A DNA stretch of 64,000 bases, from positions 11,472,001 to 11,536,000 of the forward strand of contig NC_087437.1 of the NCBI RefSeq assembly GCF_036321535.1, written 5' to 3'. Both the position numbers and the translations under genes were made by a program. How positions within the stretch are numbered: the stretch's first letter is position 1; each line of letters starts with the position of its first letter. Below the pieces are notes generated by a model. That model was not told the DNA's origin and did no database searches. It worked only from the letters and a program-made list of their open reading frames with translations. Below, one piece after another: positions 62,949 to 64,000 of this stretch. The stretch is from Camelus dromedarius. Taxonomy: Eukaryota.

Positions 62949-64000
62949 TAAAAAGCAGAGACAGGTAAGCAGCTTACATCACAGGACTCATGTGCTTGGC
63001 TGAAGTCACCAAGAGCAAAGCCCTGAAGGACTTAGCAGTGCCGAAAGGTCCTGGCTGTGCTGCCCACATGCAGGTAAACGGCTTAAGTAATTGCTGTTCT
63101 TGGGCTGTTAGACAAAACACCTAGTCGAAACTGTACAAGGACAAGCGCTCCCACAGAGGAAAAATTATCAACTGTTGTCAGACAGAATAACATGTGACTG
63201 CCGACATTTCACCTTTTATTATTACAGCAATGCTTGAAGAAAGAAGTGTCGTGCAGGTTGTCAGCATTTCATTTTAACCCCCTCTCGGAGGCGGTTAAAA
63301 ATTCACTCATGCTGAAATCTGCCTTTCAGGTTCTCAGCCAGATTTGTGCTTTGTTTCTAATCCATTGTTCTCTAATGGAACGCACGATGTAACGCAGGGG
63401 CAAGGGTTTTTCCAAGGATCTTTCTCCAAACTGCTTCCTACCTCAATTCCTTTTTCCCGGCTCGCTCCACTGTCTGCCAACAGGTTAGTTTTCACAACAA
63501 AAACAACCCAAAAGATATGCTCAACTGAGGGACAATTAAAGGCTTCTGGCAGTGTTTGTAAAAATAGCTGCAGCAATTAGCTACTCTCAACAAGTAGGAA
63601 TCTGTTCAGCGGTGCTCGCTAAAGGCAACCGCTGTCCTGGAGCGCTGCAGGTGCCTGTGGGAGACGCAACTGAATCAACAGGTATTGTGGTAGCTCTCGC
63701 TGAACAAAAGGTAACCAATGACAGTTCAAAAAAATGTCTTGGTAGGAGTGACACAGAAGTGACAGTCTGGTAGGAAAGAGGAACCAGAGGTCTCATCCCC
63801 ACTAACGTTGTTTAGACGCCGTGCTCTTGGCACTCAACGCTCTCCCTGGTCCCCTAACCAAGCCATCTCCCCCTGATGACAAAATGCCAGGGAACGGGGA
63901 GAGAACCGATGATTTATTGGTTGATTACTATGTGCCAGGCGGAATGCTAGGCACTTTATAAATCATAAGATACTGTGAAGATACAAGAGGCATGAGGTGC

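Overview
Mammalian genomic DNA, almost certainly camelid (camel/llama/alpaca), judged from five copies of a tRNA-Ala(AGC)-derived SINE with a 'TAATTACCTCCCC' 3' part (Vic-1-like) and camelid-type L1 3' ends. I could not recognise any protein-coding exon, RNA gene or CpG island. The window reads as intronic or intergenic sequence, densely filled with interspersed repeats (L1, L2, MIR, MaLR/ERVL LTRs, Tigger and hAT MITEs, SINEs, microsatellites). All recognisable ORF-track hits are decayed L1 ORF2 pieces. The most interesting object is a ~390-bp TSD-flanked 'mini-L1' at 28978-29370: the first 165 nt of an L1 5'UTR are joined directly to the L1 3'UTR. The join lies exactly at an AG that, in other L1 copies in this window, is the first or a nearby AG 18-20 nt after a perfect TACTAAC branch point. 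This suggests a retrotransposed, fully spliced, ORF-less L1 RNA, and it also carries a short 3' transduction tag. Other points of note: a chimeric head-to-tail L1 3'-end dimer inside one TSD, further probable 3' transductions, nested insertions, a + strand L1 bias with a few minus-strand exon-like segments (possible minus-strand host transcript), and some enhancer-like non-repetitive segments. Repeat family names come from recalled consensus motifs, not a database search, and most old-repeat boundaries are approximate.
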